From a virus (lineage: Duplodnaviria; Caudoviricetes), in the IMG/VR virus record IMGVR_UViG_3300025383_000009: a stretch of 64,000 nucleotides of DNA. One strand, given 5' to 3'. Position numbers and translations under genes: made by a program. Below are positions 43,754 through 53,771 of this stretch, piece by piece. Position 1 is the stretch's first letter, and each line of letters begins with the position of its first letter. Under the pieces are notes generated by a model that worked only from the letters and a program-made list of their open reading frames with translations, was not told the DNA's origin and did no database searches.

Positions 43754-45469
43754 GGAGTTTGTGACTACGGAACTGAAATCGTTGGTCTTTTCAAAGCGGA
43801 TGTTATTCTTAAACTTATCAAGAAGCACATCACCTTTATGGGATATAACGAACACATTGGTGTTTTCACCCAACGTATCCATCACAGATAGGAAGTAATC
43901 AGTACCAGCCACATCAAGACTAGAATCAAATATCTCATCTAGTAATAGTAAGTTGGTGTTCACTGAGTTTTTCATCTTAGCGATCTGACGCCAAGTGAAT
44001 AAGATTGCGAGATCTATACGCATCTTTTCTCCTTCAGAGAACGAAGCATAAGTGAACTCGTCTCTAAACCTAGATTTAATCGATTCATTGAACGATTCAT
44101 CTAGTTCAAACTTAACAAAGAAGTCCATTGCGGACAGATACATGTTAATTAGTTTGTTCATTGCTGGTAGGTATTCACGTATGATAGTGGTCTTGATACC
44201 AGTATCCTTAAGCAGTACGCTGGAGATCTCTTGTAGTTGTTTCTCTTTCATGAGGTCTATCTTTACTTCATTCTTTGCTAATGCATCGTTAGCGAGTAAC
44301 TTGATCTTATCTTTCTCAGAATCAATATCACCTTGTACAGATAACTCGTTGATCTCTTTCTCGAGTTGTTGGTTTGCTTTGATAAGCATGTTCATACCAT
44401 TGATCTCTGTAGAGATAGAGATGTTTTTATCTTGTATTTGATTTAAGACGTCTTGTTTCTCTTGTAGGTCTACACTCAACTTAGTATAAGCTGAGTTCAG
44501 CGTATCCATGTTGGATGTGATCTGTTGTTTACTTTCAGTTATCTTACTAATGATCTTATCTTTATGTTCGTGCTGTATACCTTGCTCACACGATGGACAC
44601 GTCTCATTACTTGTAAAGAACTCGATATGCTCATCAACTTGTGTAAGCTTTTGTGATAGCTTATTCATGTTTGATTTACACATATCAATATTTTTATCTA
44701 CATCAGCTTTATCATGTAGTTTAGCATTCAACTGTTCGATGTCTTTGTTCATGAGATCTACTAGCTGAGTCTTATCATTTATCTCGTTGATGTTGGCATC
44801 GATCTTATTTCGTAGTATCTGTACGTTTTGATCTTTAGAGTTTTGTAATGAATCAATCAAGCTCTTCTGTGCTTTAGCTTGTTCGGTGATGATACGGATC
44901 TCAGTCTCTACGGCAGATAGCTCTTCTTTATTCTCTGCTATCTTTTCTTTGAGGATAGTATTCATCGTTGAGAATACCTTGATGTCAAGGATATCTTCGA
45001 TGACTTCACGTCTTTGCCATACAGGTAACTGCATGAACGGTACAAAGGAAGCAGATCCTAATATCACTACCTGGGTGAAGGTTTTATAATTAAGTTTTAG
45101 GATCTGCTGTTCGAGGACTTTTTGATAATCTTTTACGGCTGCATCTTGGTTGATGATCGTTCCGTTCTGATATATCTCAAAGATATTAGGTTTGATACCG
45201 CGTACTACTCTATATTGGATAGGACCAATGTCAAACTCAATCTCAACTACGCAGTTCTTTTGATTGATAGAGTTAACAAGTTGGTTCTTATTGATATCAC
45301 GAAATGGTTTATTGAACAGTGAGAAGGTAAGTGCATCAAGGATAGTGGACTTACCTTCACCGTTTTTCCCAACGATTAAGGTTGTTGAGTGACCGTTTAG
45401 TTCTACTTTGTTTGGGGAATTACCTGTTGAAAGAAAGTTTTTCCAATTCACTGACTTAAATATTATCAA
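43751..45469 (-). CDS. gp46: Recombination endonuclease ATPase subunit (Rad50/SbcC-like)
   Basis: GKNGEGKS, CPSC hook, FSEGEK, LLDEIFD. Confidence 0.97.
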   Translation of the reverse strand: MIIFKSVNWKNFLSTGNSPNKVELNGHSTTLIVGKNGEGKSTILDALTFSLFNKPFRDINKNQLVNSINQKNCVVEIEFDIGPIQYRVVRGIKPNIFEIYQNGTIINQDAAVKDYQKVLEQQILKLNYKTFTQVVILGSASFVPFMQLPVWQRREVIEDILDIKVFSTMNTILKEKIAENKEELSAVETEIRIITEQAKAQKSLIDSLQNSKDQNVQILRNKIDANINEINDKTQLVDLMNKDIEQLNAKLHDKADVDKNIDMCKSNMNKLSQKLTQVDEHIEFFTSNETCPSCEQGIQHEHKDKIISKITESKQQITSNMDTLNSAYTKLSVDLQEKQDVLNQIQDKNISISTEINGMNMLIKANQQLEKEINELSVQGDIDSEKDKIKLLANDALAKNEVKIDLMKEKQLQEISSVLLKDTGIKTTIIREYLPAMNKLINMYLSAMDFFVKFELDESFNESIKSRFRDEFTYASFSEGEKMRIDLAILFTWRQIAKMKNSVNTNLLLLDEIFDSSLDVAGTDYFLSVMDTLGENTNVFVISHKGDVLLDKFKNNIRFEKTNDFSSVVTNS

Positions 45470-46539
45470 ACAACCTCCTGATTGATTGCTTCAATGTATA
45501 AGGATTTTACAAAGGTTTTAATAGCTTCCTTATCTCCCTCCGTTTGGATGGAATCAATGTAATTACCAAGAATACTAACAGTATCTTCCAAATTAATTTC
45601 AGCGTCGATGGTGCCTTCATTGAACTCAGAAAGGTCTTCGATGATTTTGACTTCATATGGTTGTTGTTCGTATAGTGTGTTAACAAACCTATCAAACTTA
45701 TAGAGATCGGTTTTATTTATAACCACTAACTTAATGTATTTGTCCTTTATATCTATGGTTGTAAGATCGATTGGCTCTACATCCTTATCATTATACTCGA
45801 TCTTTTCATGTATAGTGAAAGGGTTTTGATGAAACTCTAACTGTCTTGTCTCTGTGTCGAATACTGAGAATCCTTTTGGATCACTAGCATCTTGCCATGT
45901 CATCTCGTATGGAGTGCCAACATACTCGATGTTTTCTTGCTTTGATCTTGTATGGTAGTGACCAGATAATACACGTTCATACTTTGCAAACATCTCATGA
46001 GATAGACCTTCTTCTGAGTGCATACCTCGGTACATCGGGAATCCTGCTATCTCAAAATGACCCAAGCAGAGATCAGATTTACTGCTATCAATAAACTCAA
46101 ATACATCATTCTCATTCTCCTTACAAATCCATGGTATAAGATCGATAGAAGCATTATCTTCGTGCATACGTGTAGGTTTATCGATCACTGTAATATTATC
46201 ATACTCACCAAGTATCAATGATTGTGCATTGACAGCTAGTGATTCTTTCCAAAATATATCGTGGTTACCTAATAGAGTTATTAGTTGGATGCCTCTTGTC
46301 TTTAGTTCATCAAAGAAGTATCGTTTACATTCAGCGAGTGTATTGAAGTTAACAAACTTACGACGGTCGAATAGATCACCTAATTGATAGATGACTTTGA
46401 TTTGATTTTGCTCCATGTATGGGAATAGGAAGTCTCTATAGAACTTCTCCATGTATGTATGGAACTTTAATGAATCACCTCTAACACCGAAGTGTGTATC
46501 GCCTAATACAACAAATTTACTCACCAAATTCATCCTCAA
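45466..46539 (-). CDS. gp47: Recombination endonuclease nuclease subunit (Mre11/SbcD-like)
   Basis: GDTHFG, LGDLFD, GNHD, SGHYH. Confidence 0.96.
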   Translation of the reverse strand: MRMNLVSKFVVLGDTHFGVRGDSLKFHTYMEKFYRDFLFPYMEQNQIKVIYQLGDLFDRRKFVNFNTLAECKRYFFDELKTRGIQLITLLGNHDIFWKESLAVNAQSLILGEYDNITVIDKPTRMHEDNASIDLIPWICKENENDVFEFIDSSKSDLCLGHFEIAGFPMYRGMHSEEGLSHEMFAKYERVLSGHYHTRSKQENIEYVGTPYEMTWQDASDPKGFSVFDTETRQLEFHQNPFTIHEKIEYNDKDVEPIDLTTIDIKDKYIKLVVINKTDLYKFDRFVNTLYEQQPYEVKIIEDLSEFNEGTIDAEINLEDTVSILGNYIDSIQTEGDKEAIKTFVKSLYIEAINQEVV

Positions 46540-47092
46540 TAAAAGTGTCTAATGTAATAGTGTCGTCTTTTTTCTTTTTCTTCTTTTTCTTCATACGCTC
46601 TTCAAACCCTTCATCGAACGTACCATGTTGTTGCATAAACCCGATGTAGGAGTTTTGAAAATCTTCATCGTTATCTGAACCTTGTGTTTCAAAGGATTCT
46701 ACTGTTACGTCTCTAATTAGTTTACCACGGATATATGATTGTTTCTTTTCTTTTTCTATACGTCTAAGGAATGCATAGTAGATTATCTGTGTAAAGTAAC
46801 TGAAAGGATTAGATGATTTTTCAGGATCAAAGTTATCAAAGTACATGATACAGTTCTCGATGCCGTCTAGGATCATGTCATCTTTATAGGAATAGTTGAT
46901 GAAGTTTGGTCTATTAGCAAGCTTGGTAGCTATCTTAAGTATACACTCACCAAGGTAGTTTGATATCTGGGGTTTTGGATCTCCACATGCCTCTGCTTCA
47001 GCAACCTGCTTCTTATACTTCTTAACTGCTTCAAGGAAGTCTGGATTGTTTACGTAGTGGACTGGTTTTTTCTCAGCCATGATGTGTTTCAC
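46517..47092 (-). CDS. gp55: Late-transcription sigma factor
   Basis: HYVNN..FL, NFINYSYKDDMILDG.ENC, NPFSYFTQIIYYAFLRRI.KEK. Confidence 0.97.
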   Translation of the reverse strand: MKHIMAEKKPVHYVNNPDFLEAVKKYKKQVAEAEACGDPKPQISNYLGECILKIATKLANRPNFINYSYKDDMILDGIENCIMYFDNFDPEKSSNPFSYFTQIIYYAFLRRIEKEKKQSYIRGKLIRDVTVESFETQGSDNDEDFQNSYIGFMQQHGTFDEGFEERMKKKKKKKKDDTITLDTFIEDEFGE

Positions 47093-47112
47093 CTTTATTA
47101 ATAATTAAGACC

Positions 47113-47141
47113 ATTGTACTACATAGTTAGTATAAAGTAAA
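47113..47141 (-). promoter_or_regulatory. Early promoter TTTACT-N17-TACAAT for gp55
   Basis: 17-bp spacer. Confidence 0.6.
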
Positions 47142-47147
47142 ATTATT

Positions 47148-47477
47148 TTATGCAGAGAATGATGAACCACACCCGCATTTAGATGTTGCGTTTGGATTTT
47201 TTATTGTGAATTGGGATGCGGCTAAAGTTGTTTCATATGCTATTTCAGATCCAGCTAAATACTGCATGCTCATAGCATCTACTAGTAACTTAACTTCATG
47301 CTGTTCTATGACAAAGTCGTCTTCATTTTGATTATCGTCAAATGTGAATCCATATTGAAATCCAGAACATCCTCCTCCTGATACGAATATACGTAGCATA
47401 AGGTTTGGAACATCCTCTTCTTTTAATAGGGCTTTGATCTTATCCGCTGCTGTTTGATCTATTGTTATTTGATCCAT
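47148..47477 (-). CDS. erpA: A-type Fe-S cluster carrier (ErpA/IscA)
   Basis: [42 protein letters not shown]. Confidence 0.93.
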   Translation of the reverse strand: MDQITIDQTAADKIKALLKEEDVPNLMLRIFVSGGGCSGFQYGFTFDDNQNEDDFVIEQHEVKLLVDAMSMQYLAGSEIAYETTLAASQFTIKNPNATSKCGCGSSFSA

Positions 47478-47486
47478 AAAAATAAT

Positions 47487-47515
47487 TGTACATTAAATTG
47501 GCAAAGCTGTATTAT
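47487..47515 (+). promoter_or_regulatory. Plus-strand (antisense) early-type promoter TGTACA-N17-TATTAT
   Basis: Same TGTACATTAA consensus as the minus-strand promoters but pointing right. Confidence 0.5.
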
Positions 47516-47539
47516 AACTGTATGGGGTTTTTCAAGTGG

Positions 47540-47971
47540 TTAATGAATAGTTTTAGATGATTCTACTTGAATAGAGGGAAACTCTTCAAATTCTTCCATC
47601 CTATCTTTAAACATCGCCTGTAGTTTATCAGCTAGTTCTTGCATCTCGTTCGGGTTGTATGGTTCCGGAACTTGGGCGTTCATCGCGATGAAGTCATCGA
47701 TCGCACGGTTATACTCGGCTTCATATTTTGGATCAAGGTTCTTAATGAATATTATCTGGTTCTTTTGAAATGTATACTCATCATCTCCGGCAAAGTAAGT
47801 ATACGGAGACAATACAACGGATTCTGCAGGTCCATGGGACGTCATCCGTGGGACATGCTTTACTATCATAGGAAATAATACGCTTATCTCATAATCATCT
47901 TCTTTTATGAGATGAGTTACGAGTTCTTCGCCTGTAACCAACTTCATTACGATGTAACGATCGCCGATCAT
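47540..47971 (-). CDS. Sm-like conserved T4-like protein
   Basis: VMKLVTGEELV; usual position after uvsW. Confidence 0.65.
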   Translation of the reverse strand: MIGDRYIVMKLVTGEELVTHLIKEDDYEISVLFPMIVKHVPRMTSHGPAESVVLSPYTYFAGDDEYTFQKNQIIFIKNLDPKYEAEYNRAIDDFIAMNAQVPEPYNPNEMQELADKLQAMFKDRMEEFEEFPSIQVESSKTIH

Positions 47972-49488
47972 ATGTTTACCTCGTGGACTTTGTATTCGAA
48001 CCGTTCATCTGAATAGATCTTGATTCGCTCTTCAAAGTGGTTAAATGTATGGTTCTTTCTTGTCTTATATTGTAAATCATCAGCTACATCATATAGTTTA
48101 AGGTGTGTCTTACCGTCTTTAAGCCTTAACCCACGACCGATAGATTGGAGGTTTCGGATCTTAGACTTAGTAGGAGAAGCAAAGATAATGTTCTCTATAC
48201 TAGGTATATTTATACCCGTGGAGAATGTGGCGTATGAGGCAACTATGATTGTATTATCATCAAGTTCGGTATTCTTACGGATGTCTTCACGATCTAATGT
48301 ATCCACTCCGCCATGCACGAAGTATACCGTCTTGTCAGGGGCTTTAGTCTTTATCATATCATATAAGACAGCTCCATGTTTCTCTACGTATTGGAATAGG
48401 ACAAGAGTGTTACCCTTACAGTTGATAGCAAGGTTCCTAATAAACTTATTGCGGGCCTCATTTGATATGAGGAAGTCCATCTCTTCTTGGTACATATGTT
48501 CTTTACATGCTTTCCTTACCTCTTCCTTATACTTAAGTAAGATGCAGTTGATGTCTATGTTTACTACCTTACCAGAATCCATCAGTTCTTTTGTTGTCGT
48601 TACTCTATGAACTGGTCCAAATAAACCTTCGAGCGTGAGTTGGTTTAACTTTTTATTATCAATCGTACCCGTGGTACCTATACGATACTTAACATGCTTC
48701 ATCTTTTCCATTATGGATATCAAGGATGTGGCTTTGAATTGGTGCGCCTCGTCTCCAACTATGACGTCAAACTGCTCGAACCATTGTTTTGGTTGGGTGT
48801 AGATGGACTGCCAAGTGGTGATAAGGACGTTAGATGTTATGTCGCGCGTAAAACCTGAATATAGTTTTTGGCAGTTAGACTTAACTGACCATCCATTATG
48901 CGATGAGTAGTCTTCAAAATCCGAATACATCTGCTCGACTAATGATGTGGTAGGCACAACGATGATGATCTTACGATCCTCTTCAAGGTGCCATCTCATC
49001 AGACAATAGATCATGAATGATTTACCAGATGCAGTAGGTGATAGTAACACTGTACGGTTAAGGTTTAATGCTGTGCGTACTGCTTCTATTTGATAATCTC
49101 GTGGTGTTATTGGTTGACCACGACCGTACAAGTCAAGGTCATAGATGAACTTAGATATTTGGTCTAACGTGTAGTTATGTAGATCAAGTGGTTTTGGATA
49201 ATCATCTGTTGGGTTGAACGTTAGCTCGTAGTTATTACGTTGTGCAAACTCTAAGACATATTGATATAGACCAGCGTATAATGTCTTCTTGATTAATGAG
49301 TACAGTCGAACCTTACCATCCCATAACCTAGCTTTAAACTTAGGTGTAAACCTTGCACCAGGAACTTCGTAAGTAAAGAACGCTTCGAGTTCTTGCTCAC
49401 AACCTAGATCGCCGTAAACACGGATGTTTACTTCATTAATCTTTTCAATAGTTAATTTCATTACATTCCAGCTAGGAACTTCTTCCAT
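47968..49488 (-). CDS. uvsW: SF2 DNA helicase
   Basis: PRDYQ, SPTASGKS, DEAH, QSIGRGLR. Confidence 0.96.
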   Translation of the reverse strand: MEEVPSWNVMKLTIEKINEVNIRVYGDLGCEQELEAFFTYEVPGARFTPKFKARLWDGKVRLYSLIKKTLYAGLYQYVLEFAQRNNYELTFNPTDDYPKPLDLHNYTLDQISKFIYDLDLYGRGQPITPRDYQIEAVRTALNLNRTVLLSPTASGKSFMIYCLMRWHLEEDRKIIIVVPTTSLVEQMYSDFEDYSSHNGWSVKSNCQKLYSGFTRDITSNVLITTWQSIYTQPKQWFEQFDVIVGDEAHQFKATSLISIMEKMKHVKYRIGTTGTIDNKKLNQLTLEGLFGPVHRVTTTKELMDSGKVVNIDINCILLKYKEEVRKACKEHMYQEEMDFLISNEARNKFIRNLAINCKGNTLVLFQYVEKHGAVLYDMIKTKAPDKTVYFVHGGVDTLDREDIRKNTELDDNTIIVASYATFSTGINIPSIENIIFASPTKSKIRNLQSIGRGLRLKDGKTHLKLYDVADDLQYKTRKNHTFNHFEERIKIYSDERFEYKVHEVNI

Positions 49489-49898
49489 TCGATACCGTTT
49501 TTAAGTTGCCAATCTCTTGCTTTGATTTGCCCTAAGATACCTTCGAGTAGGTAACCCATAGTCTCGAGGTATTCGATCTTTGTATTTAGTGTAATTAAAT
49601 CTTGATCGCCTTGAAGGAACTCGTCCATCTCGTTCTTAAGTGGCTTGATTAGTTGATATGGTTGCCAACCTAAAGCTGCTAACTCTTCACGTGATAGTTC
49701 ACCACGATAGTAGCGAAACTTATTCTTACGTAGCAGGTTGTATTCGGCTCTAGACTTAGTAAGGCGTAGCTTTACCTGAACCATTAGTTTGATGTACTTA
49801 GCATGGACCTTTGCTGTCTCAGTCGATGCTTCACCCAAATGGTTGTCATCGATAAGACTGTCCTGCTCCCACATCGTTTGAATCTCTTCAATATTCAT
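49461..49898 (-). CDS. uvsY: Recombination mediator
   Basis: MWEQDSLIDDNHL, HAKYI, RDWQLKNGIEWKKF.AG. Confidence 0.93.
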   Translation of the reverse strand: MNIEEIQTMWEQDSLIDDNHLGEASTETAKVHAKYIKLMVQVKLRLTKSRAEYNLLRKNKFRYYRGELSREELAALGWQPYQLIKPLKNEMDEFLQGDQDLITLNTKIEYLETMGYLLEGILGQIKARDWQLKNGIEWKKFLAGM

Positions 49899-49923
49899 AA
49901 TTAAATCCGCTTATCAAAACTAC

Positions 49924-49952
49924 ATTATACCATAATAATTAATTAATGTACA
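49924..49952 (-). promoter_or_regulatory. Early promoter TGTACA-N17-TATAAT
   Basis: Upstream of uvsY. Confidence 0.7.
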
Positions 49953-49955
49953 TAG

Positions 49956-50522
49956 TTAAATTATAGTAAAGAAAGTGTATCCAAAGGTTGCAGTCCCCGT
50001 CAGATATTGGATGTCGTCCACGTTTGATTGGAACTCAAGTGAGCCCAAGCTAATTGGGTGTAGATCTATAAAGTGAATAGATCTAACTGGAACATTATTA
50101 CTGCCTAGGATCTGTAAGATACCATCAGAGTAGTTACCTACTTGGGTGCCAAAGTTTGGAGTAAGGCTGTTTGATTGTGCTACACCAGAAGTACTATTTT
50201 GTGAACCATTAATCAAAGCTTGGTATTGTGCCCAATCTTGTGGGAAACCTAAACCTATTAACCAATTCCATATAGCGGAGTAGTTAGTCATCTTCTCATC
50301 TACCACAAAGTTGATGGTTAAATCGCCAAACCTAAGTAGTTCACCAGGAACTTTATTGATAGACAACGGTGTTGCCATGGCAACGTTTTCTAGTGTAACT
50401 TCAGGTAGCGTAGCTATCTGACAGAAGTATGTCACTTCTGGGATCTTAGTGATTGATAGTTGAAACCCGGTAGGTGATAATGGATTAATGCTACCTGGTA
50501 CTGGACATAATGCGTTTGCCAT
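49956..50522 (-). CDS. gp3: Tail tube terminator / sheath stabiliser
   Basis: LSPTGF, YFCQ..TLP, FVVDEKMTNY..IWNW; position after gp23. Confidence 0.85.
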   Translation of the reverse strand: MANALCPVPGSINPLSPTGFQLSITKIPEVTYFCQIATLPEVTLENVAMATPLSINKVPGELLRFGDLTINFVVDEKMTNYSAIWNWLIGLGFPQDWAQYQALINGSQNSTSGVAQSNSLTPNFGTQVGNYSDGILQILGSNNVPVRSIHFIDLHPISLGSLEFQSNVDDIQYLTGTATFGYTFFTII

Positions 50523-50546
50523 AATAATTTCCTTAACGTTATATAC

Positions 50547-50554
50547 TATTTATA
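50547..50554 (-). promoter_or_regulatory. Late promoter TATAAATA
   Basis: Upstream of gp3. Confidence 0.75.
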
Positions 50555-50559
50555 TGCAA

Positions 50560-50581
50560 TAAAAAGGGCTCTTTCGAGCCC
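50560..50581 (-). terminator. Intrinsic terminator after gp23
   Basis: GGGCTC-GAAA-GAGCCC followed by a T tract. Confidence 0.9.
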
Positions 50582-50613
50582 TCTTTATCAATGTAGTGTC
50601 CTTGCGGATCTTA

Positions 50614-51945
50614 TTACATGAGATTTGTGACGGCAACTTTCCTGTAGTAGTAGTTCTTGTTAGCAACGATAACGTTGTTATCAGAATTACCATCATCTAA
50701 GTTAACAAATGGGTTAGCTACGATACCGTAACGTGTCTTGAAACCAATTTTTGGTTGGAAGCTATTAGGATCAACAGCTCTAACTAATTGGAGAGGAACG
50801 TATGGGCAATAGAATAAACCAGCATCAAATGCTGATGTACCTTTGTAACCAACTACAAAGAATTGTGAACCATTTGCTGATGGGTTGTTACCGCCAGAAT
50901 ATGGATCAATGTATACTTTGTATTTGCCATTTAAAACACCAGCGAATGTTGTTGAAGCTTCATCAACGTTCAATGATGTTGAAAGAGCTGGAGCGTAATC
51001 TAATACACCTGCCATAGCTAGAGCTGAAGCTGTATCTGATGAGCAGATTAAGAAATTACCACGACCTCTACGAGTTTGTTGAGCAATCGCATTAGCTTCA
51101 CGTTCGATTTGAAACAAGAGGCCTTTGAATTTTTCAACAGACCAACGACCGTTTGAGTCAACATCAAGGTCAAATGTACCAGCAGTAGCTGTACCGTATT
51201 GAGCACCAACTTTAGCACCGTAGTAAACTGTACGGATAACTTCACGGTTGATTTCAGCAAGGATTTCAGTTGAAAGGATGTTGCTTAATTCACCTTCAGC
51301 ATCTAAACCATGAACTGATTTCAAGTCTTGTGCTAACTCGATTGAGTACTCAGCTTTAAGAGCACGAGTCTTAGCAGTTACGCTAGTTTTTTCAATTGAG
51401 AAAGCCATTTGAGCGAAGTCAGCAGCAGGTGAACCTGTACCTAATGCTTCAGCATCAGCTGTAGTAATACCACGGCCAGTGTTTGTGAAGTCATCAGTGA
51501 ATGGGTTACCACCAGCATTTGGTGAAGTACCATCACCACCGAAACCTGTATCAGCTTCGTTGAATAATGCTTCAGTGCCGTTTTGTTGTGTGTAACGTGA
51601 TTTCATCGCGAAGATGAGACCAGTAGGTTGTGTCATTGGTTGAACGCCTGCGATATCGTAAGCGATCATTTGTGGCATAGCACGACGTACTAAAGCGATA
51701 AGTACTGGGTCGAAACCAGATACTGTACCAGTAGAAGCACCAGCACCACCTAAACCAATACCAGAACCACCAGAGTTGCTAGGAGCAGCTTCGAAAAGAG
51801 CTTCAGCGCCTTTTTGCATTTCACGTTCTTGGTTTTCTAAAAGAATCGCAGTAACTTCCTTACGGTAGTTATCTTTGATTTCTGGGAGTGAGCTATGCTC
51901 TAAAATCGGCTCCCATTTTTTTACTAAGTCTTGACGAATTGTCAT
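50614..51945 (-). CDS. gp23: Major capsid protein
   Basis: DPVLIALVRRAMP, GVQPMTQPTGLIFAM, RALKAEYS.ELAQDLK..HGLDAE, FYCPYVPL. Confidence 0.99.
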   Translation of the reverse strand: MTIRQDLVKKWEPILEHSSLPEIKDNYRKEVTAILLENQEREMQKGAEALFEAAPSNSGGSGIGLGGAGASTGTVSGFDPVLIALVRRAMPQMIAYDIAGVQPMTQPTGLIFAMKSRYTQQNGTEALFNEADTGFGGDGTSPNAGGNPFTDDFTNTGRGITTADAEALGTGSPAADFAQMAFSIEKTSVTAKTRALKAEYSIELAQDLKSVHGLDAEGELSNILSTEILAEINREVIRTVYYGAKVGAQYGTATAGTFDLDVDSNGRWSVEKFKGLLFQIEREANAIAQQTRRGRGNFLICSSDTASALAMAGVLDYAPALSTSLNVDEASTTFAGVLNGKYKVYIDPYSGGNNPSANGSQFFVVGYKGTSAFDAGLFYCPYVPLQLVRAVDPNSFQPKIGFKTRYGIVANPFVNLDDGNSDNNVIVANKNYYYRKVAVTNLM

Positions 51946-51955
51946 TTTGTTTTCC

Positions 51956-53002
51956 TTATTTAATGTTATTGAGTACGGACATATATCTCTTAATTGAAGG
52001 ATTAACAGCTTTTTCTTCTGTTAATGGTTCAACTGGAGTATCTGTCACAACTGACTCAACTAATGTTGATGTTGCCTTGTTTGTGAAATAATTTTCACGA
52101 ATTACCTGAACTTTCTTAGAGAATGATTCAGCATCTTCAAAAGCTAATTCTTCAGCTAAGCCAACGAATTTTTCTTTATCAGTTTCTGTTAAACCATCTA
52201 AAGCATCAGCAACGATTTCGTTTTTAGCGGATTCGTTAAGGGCTTTAGCCATCTCAACGTTAGCTGCAACTTGTTCGTCTAGCTTAGCTTGTAATTCAGC
52301 GATAGTTTCTTCTTGTGCACCTAACACATCGAATTTTTCCTCTGGAACATCGATATAGTGCTCTTCGAATAAACCTTTCATACCGCTTACAAAGCTTTCT
52401 AAGATTTCAGACTTCATACCACTTTCAAGGGCGATTTCATTTTGTTTAACCCACTGCTCAACTACGTAGTTGAGGTATCCATCAACTTTTTCAACAAGAC
52501 CCTCTTGATTCTTTGCTGCTTCCTCTTGGAGGCGAGCTTCGAATTCTTCTTCAATAGTAGTCATGGCTTCGTTAATACGAGTCATAACTGCTGCTTCGAA
52601 GATAGTAGTTGCTTTGTCTTTAAACTCTTCAGTAAGTTCTTCACCGTTGAATAAAGCATCCATATCTTCTTTAAAATTAACTGCATGGCCAGGTGCGTGA
52701 GCTGGGATAGAATCCTTAGCTGTACGGATAACTGCTTGATCACCTGCTTCAGCCTTAGCTGTAACAACGTTAGGTTTCTTAGAAGTAGCTTCTGCAGCTG
52801 GATCTTCGTCTTCTACATTGTTTTTAGCGTTAGCTTCGTTAGGTGTTTCACCACCATTTGGCACTGAACCATGTGGACGAATAACTGCTTGGTCACCCGC
52901 TGCAGCATGTTTCGTCACAACATTGTCCTCATTTAACTCTTCTGCATTATCTGTAGCTCTTGATTCAGCTAAGATTTGTGCAATTTTTTGTTCGATTGAC
53001 AT
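51956..53002 (-). CDS. gp22: Prohead core scaffold protein
   Basis: EEFKDKATTIFEAAV, VDGYLNYVVEQW, LFEEHYIDVPEEK. Confidence 0.95.
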   Translation of the reverse strand: MSIEQKIAQILAESRATDNAEELNEDNVVTKHAAAGDQAVIRPHGSVPNGGETPNEANAKNNVEDEDPAAEATSKKPNVVTAKAEAGDQAVIRTAKDSIPAHAPGHAVNFKEDMDALFNGEELTEEFKDKATTIFEAAVMTRINEAMTTIEEEFEARLQEEAAKNQEGLVEKVDGYLNYVVEQWVKQNEIALESGMKSEILESFVSGMKGLFEEHYIDVPEEKFDVLGAQEETIAELQAKLDEQVAANVEMAKALNESAKNEIVADALDGLTETDKEKFVGLAEELAFEDAESFSKKVQVIRENYFTNKATSTLVESVVTDTPVEPLTEEKAVNPSIKRYMSVLNNIK

Positions 53003-53043
53003 CTTAATCTCCTAAATTTGTGTATCTTTTTAAGATATACTAT

Positions 53044-53051
53044 TATTTATA
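53044..53051 (-). promoter_or_regulatory. Late promoter TATAAATA
   Basis: Upstream of gp22. Confidence 0.75.
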
Positions 53052-53052
53052 G

Positions 53053-53703
53053 TTATTTAATTTTCGCAAGGAATGATTGGAATGCTCTAATCTTTGCCTC
53101 TTGTAAATTTTTGCTTGAAGCTTTTCTAATAAATGCTTGTGCTTCTCGCAAGTCTTTCTCCACAAATTTTCCATCGACCATAACCCATTCTTTAGACTCC
53201 ATGACACCCTCTACGAAAGCATTAGGGGCGGACGGGTCAGCAACTATATCAGCTGCTGTCGCTAAAGTAAAATCTTTACCTACATAAGAAACATCACCTT
53301 TACGATCTAGTGATCCCATACCTCTGGAACTAACGCCAAGTCTAGCTCCTTCATCGATAAGTGACTTCACTATCTTACCATATGGTGTATCCATGATCTT
53401 AGCTTTACCAATGAAGTTATCACCTTCTCGATGAAGCTTTTTAATCATATGAGACACCCTGTCAAGGTTGATCGTAGGGGAATCAGGATGACCTAACTCA
53501 CCAAAGGCACGATTCTTATTGACATACTCATCGTTATATCGTTTTACCTCACCATCAAGTATCTCTACTGGATAGATACGGCCGTTACGATTCTTTAAGT
53601 TCGATTGAAGGAATACACCTTCAATGAAGTATTCTTTACCTTTACCTAGTTTCTCTTCAACTAAGTACTTAACCTCTTCGGTATGTTCTTTAATTAGCTT
53701 AAT
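53053..53703 (-). CDS. gp21: Prohead core protease, apparent ATT start
   Basis: Frame extends past the track's start through (M)KLIKE...IEGVFLQ...NRNGRIYP...GELGHP; later GVSSRGMG, DIVADPSAP. Confidence 0.95.
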   Translation of the reverse strand: MKLIKEHTEEVKYLVEEKLGKGKEYFIEGVFLQSNLKNRNGRIYPVEILDGEVKRYNDEYVNKNRAFGELGHPDSPTINLDRVSHMIKKLHREGDNFIGKAKIMDTPYGKIVKSLIDEGARLGVSSRGMGSLDRKGDVSYVGKDFTLATAADIVADPSAPNAFVEGVMESKEWVMVDGKFVEKDLREAQAFIRKASSKNLQEAKIRAFQSFLAKIK

Positions 53704-53771
53704 TTTAATTCTCCTTTATGCTTGCAGTTATTAAAATGCCAACGATGCATAGCAACTATGTTGTTACCACT
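53694..53771 (-). pseudogene. Relic of a homing-endonuclease C-terminus
   Basis: Reads SGNNIVAMHRWHFNNCKHKGELKLS*, matching the 29653-29763 motif; contains the gp21 RBS. Confidence 0.55.

Noticed and set aside
53053-53457. 134-aa gp21 as given in the ORF track
   Set aside because: It omits the conserved N-terminal half including GELGHP; the frame is open to 53703.
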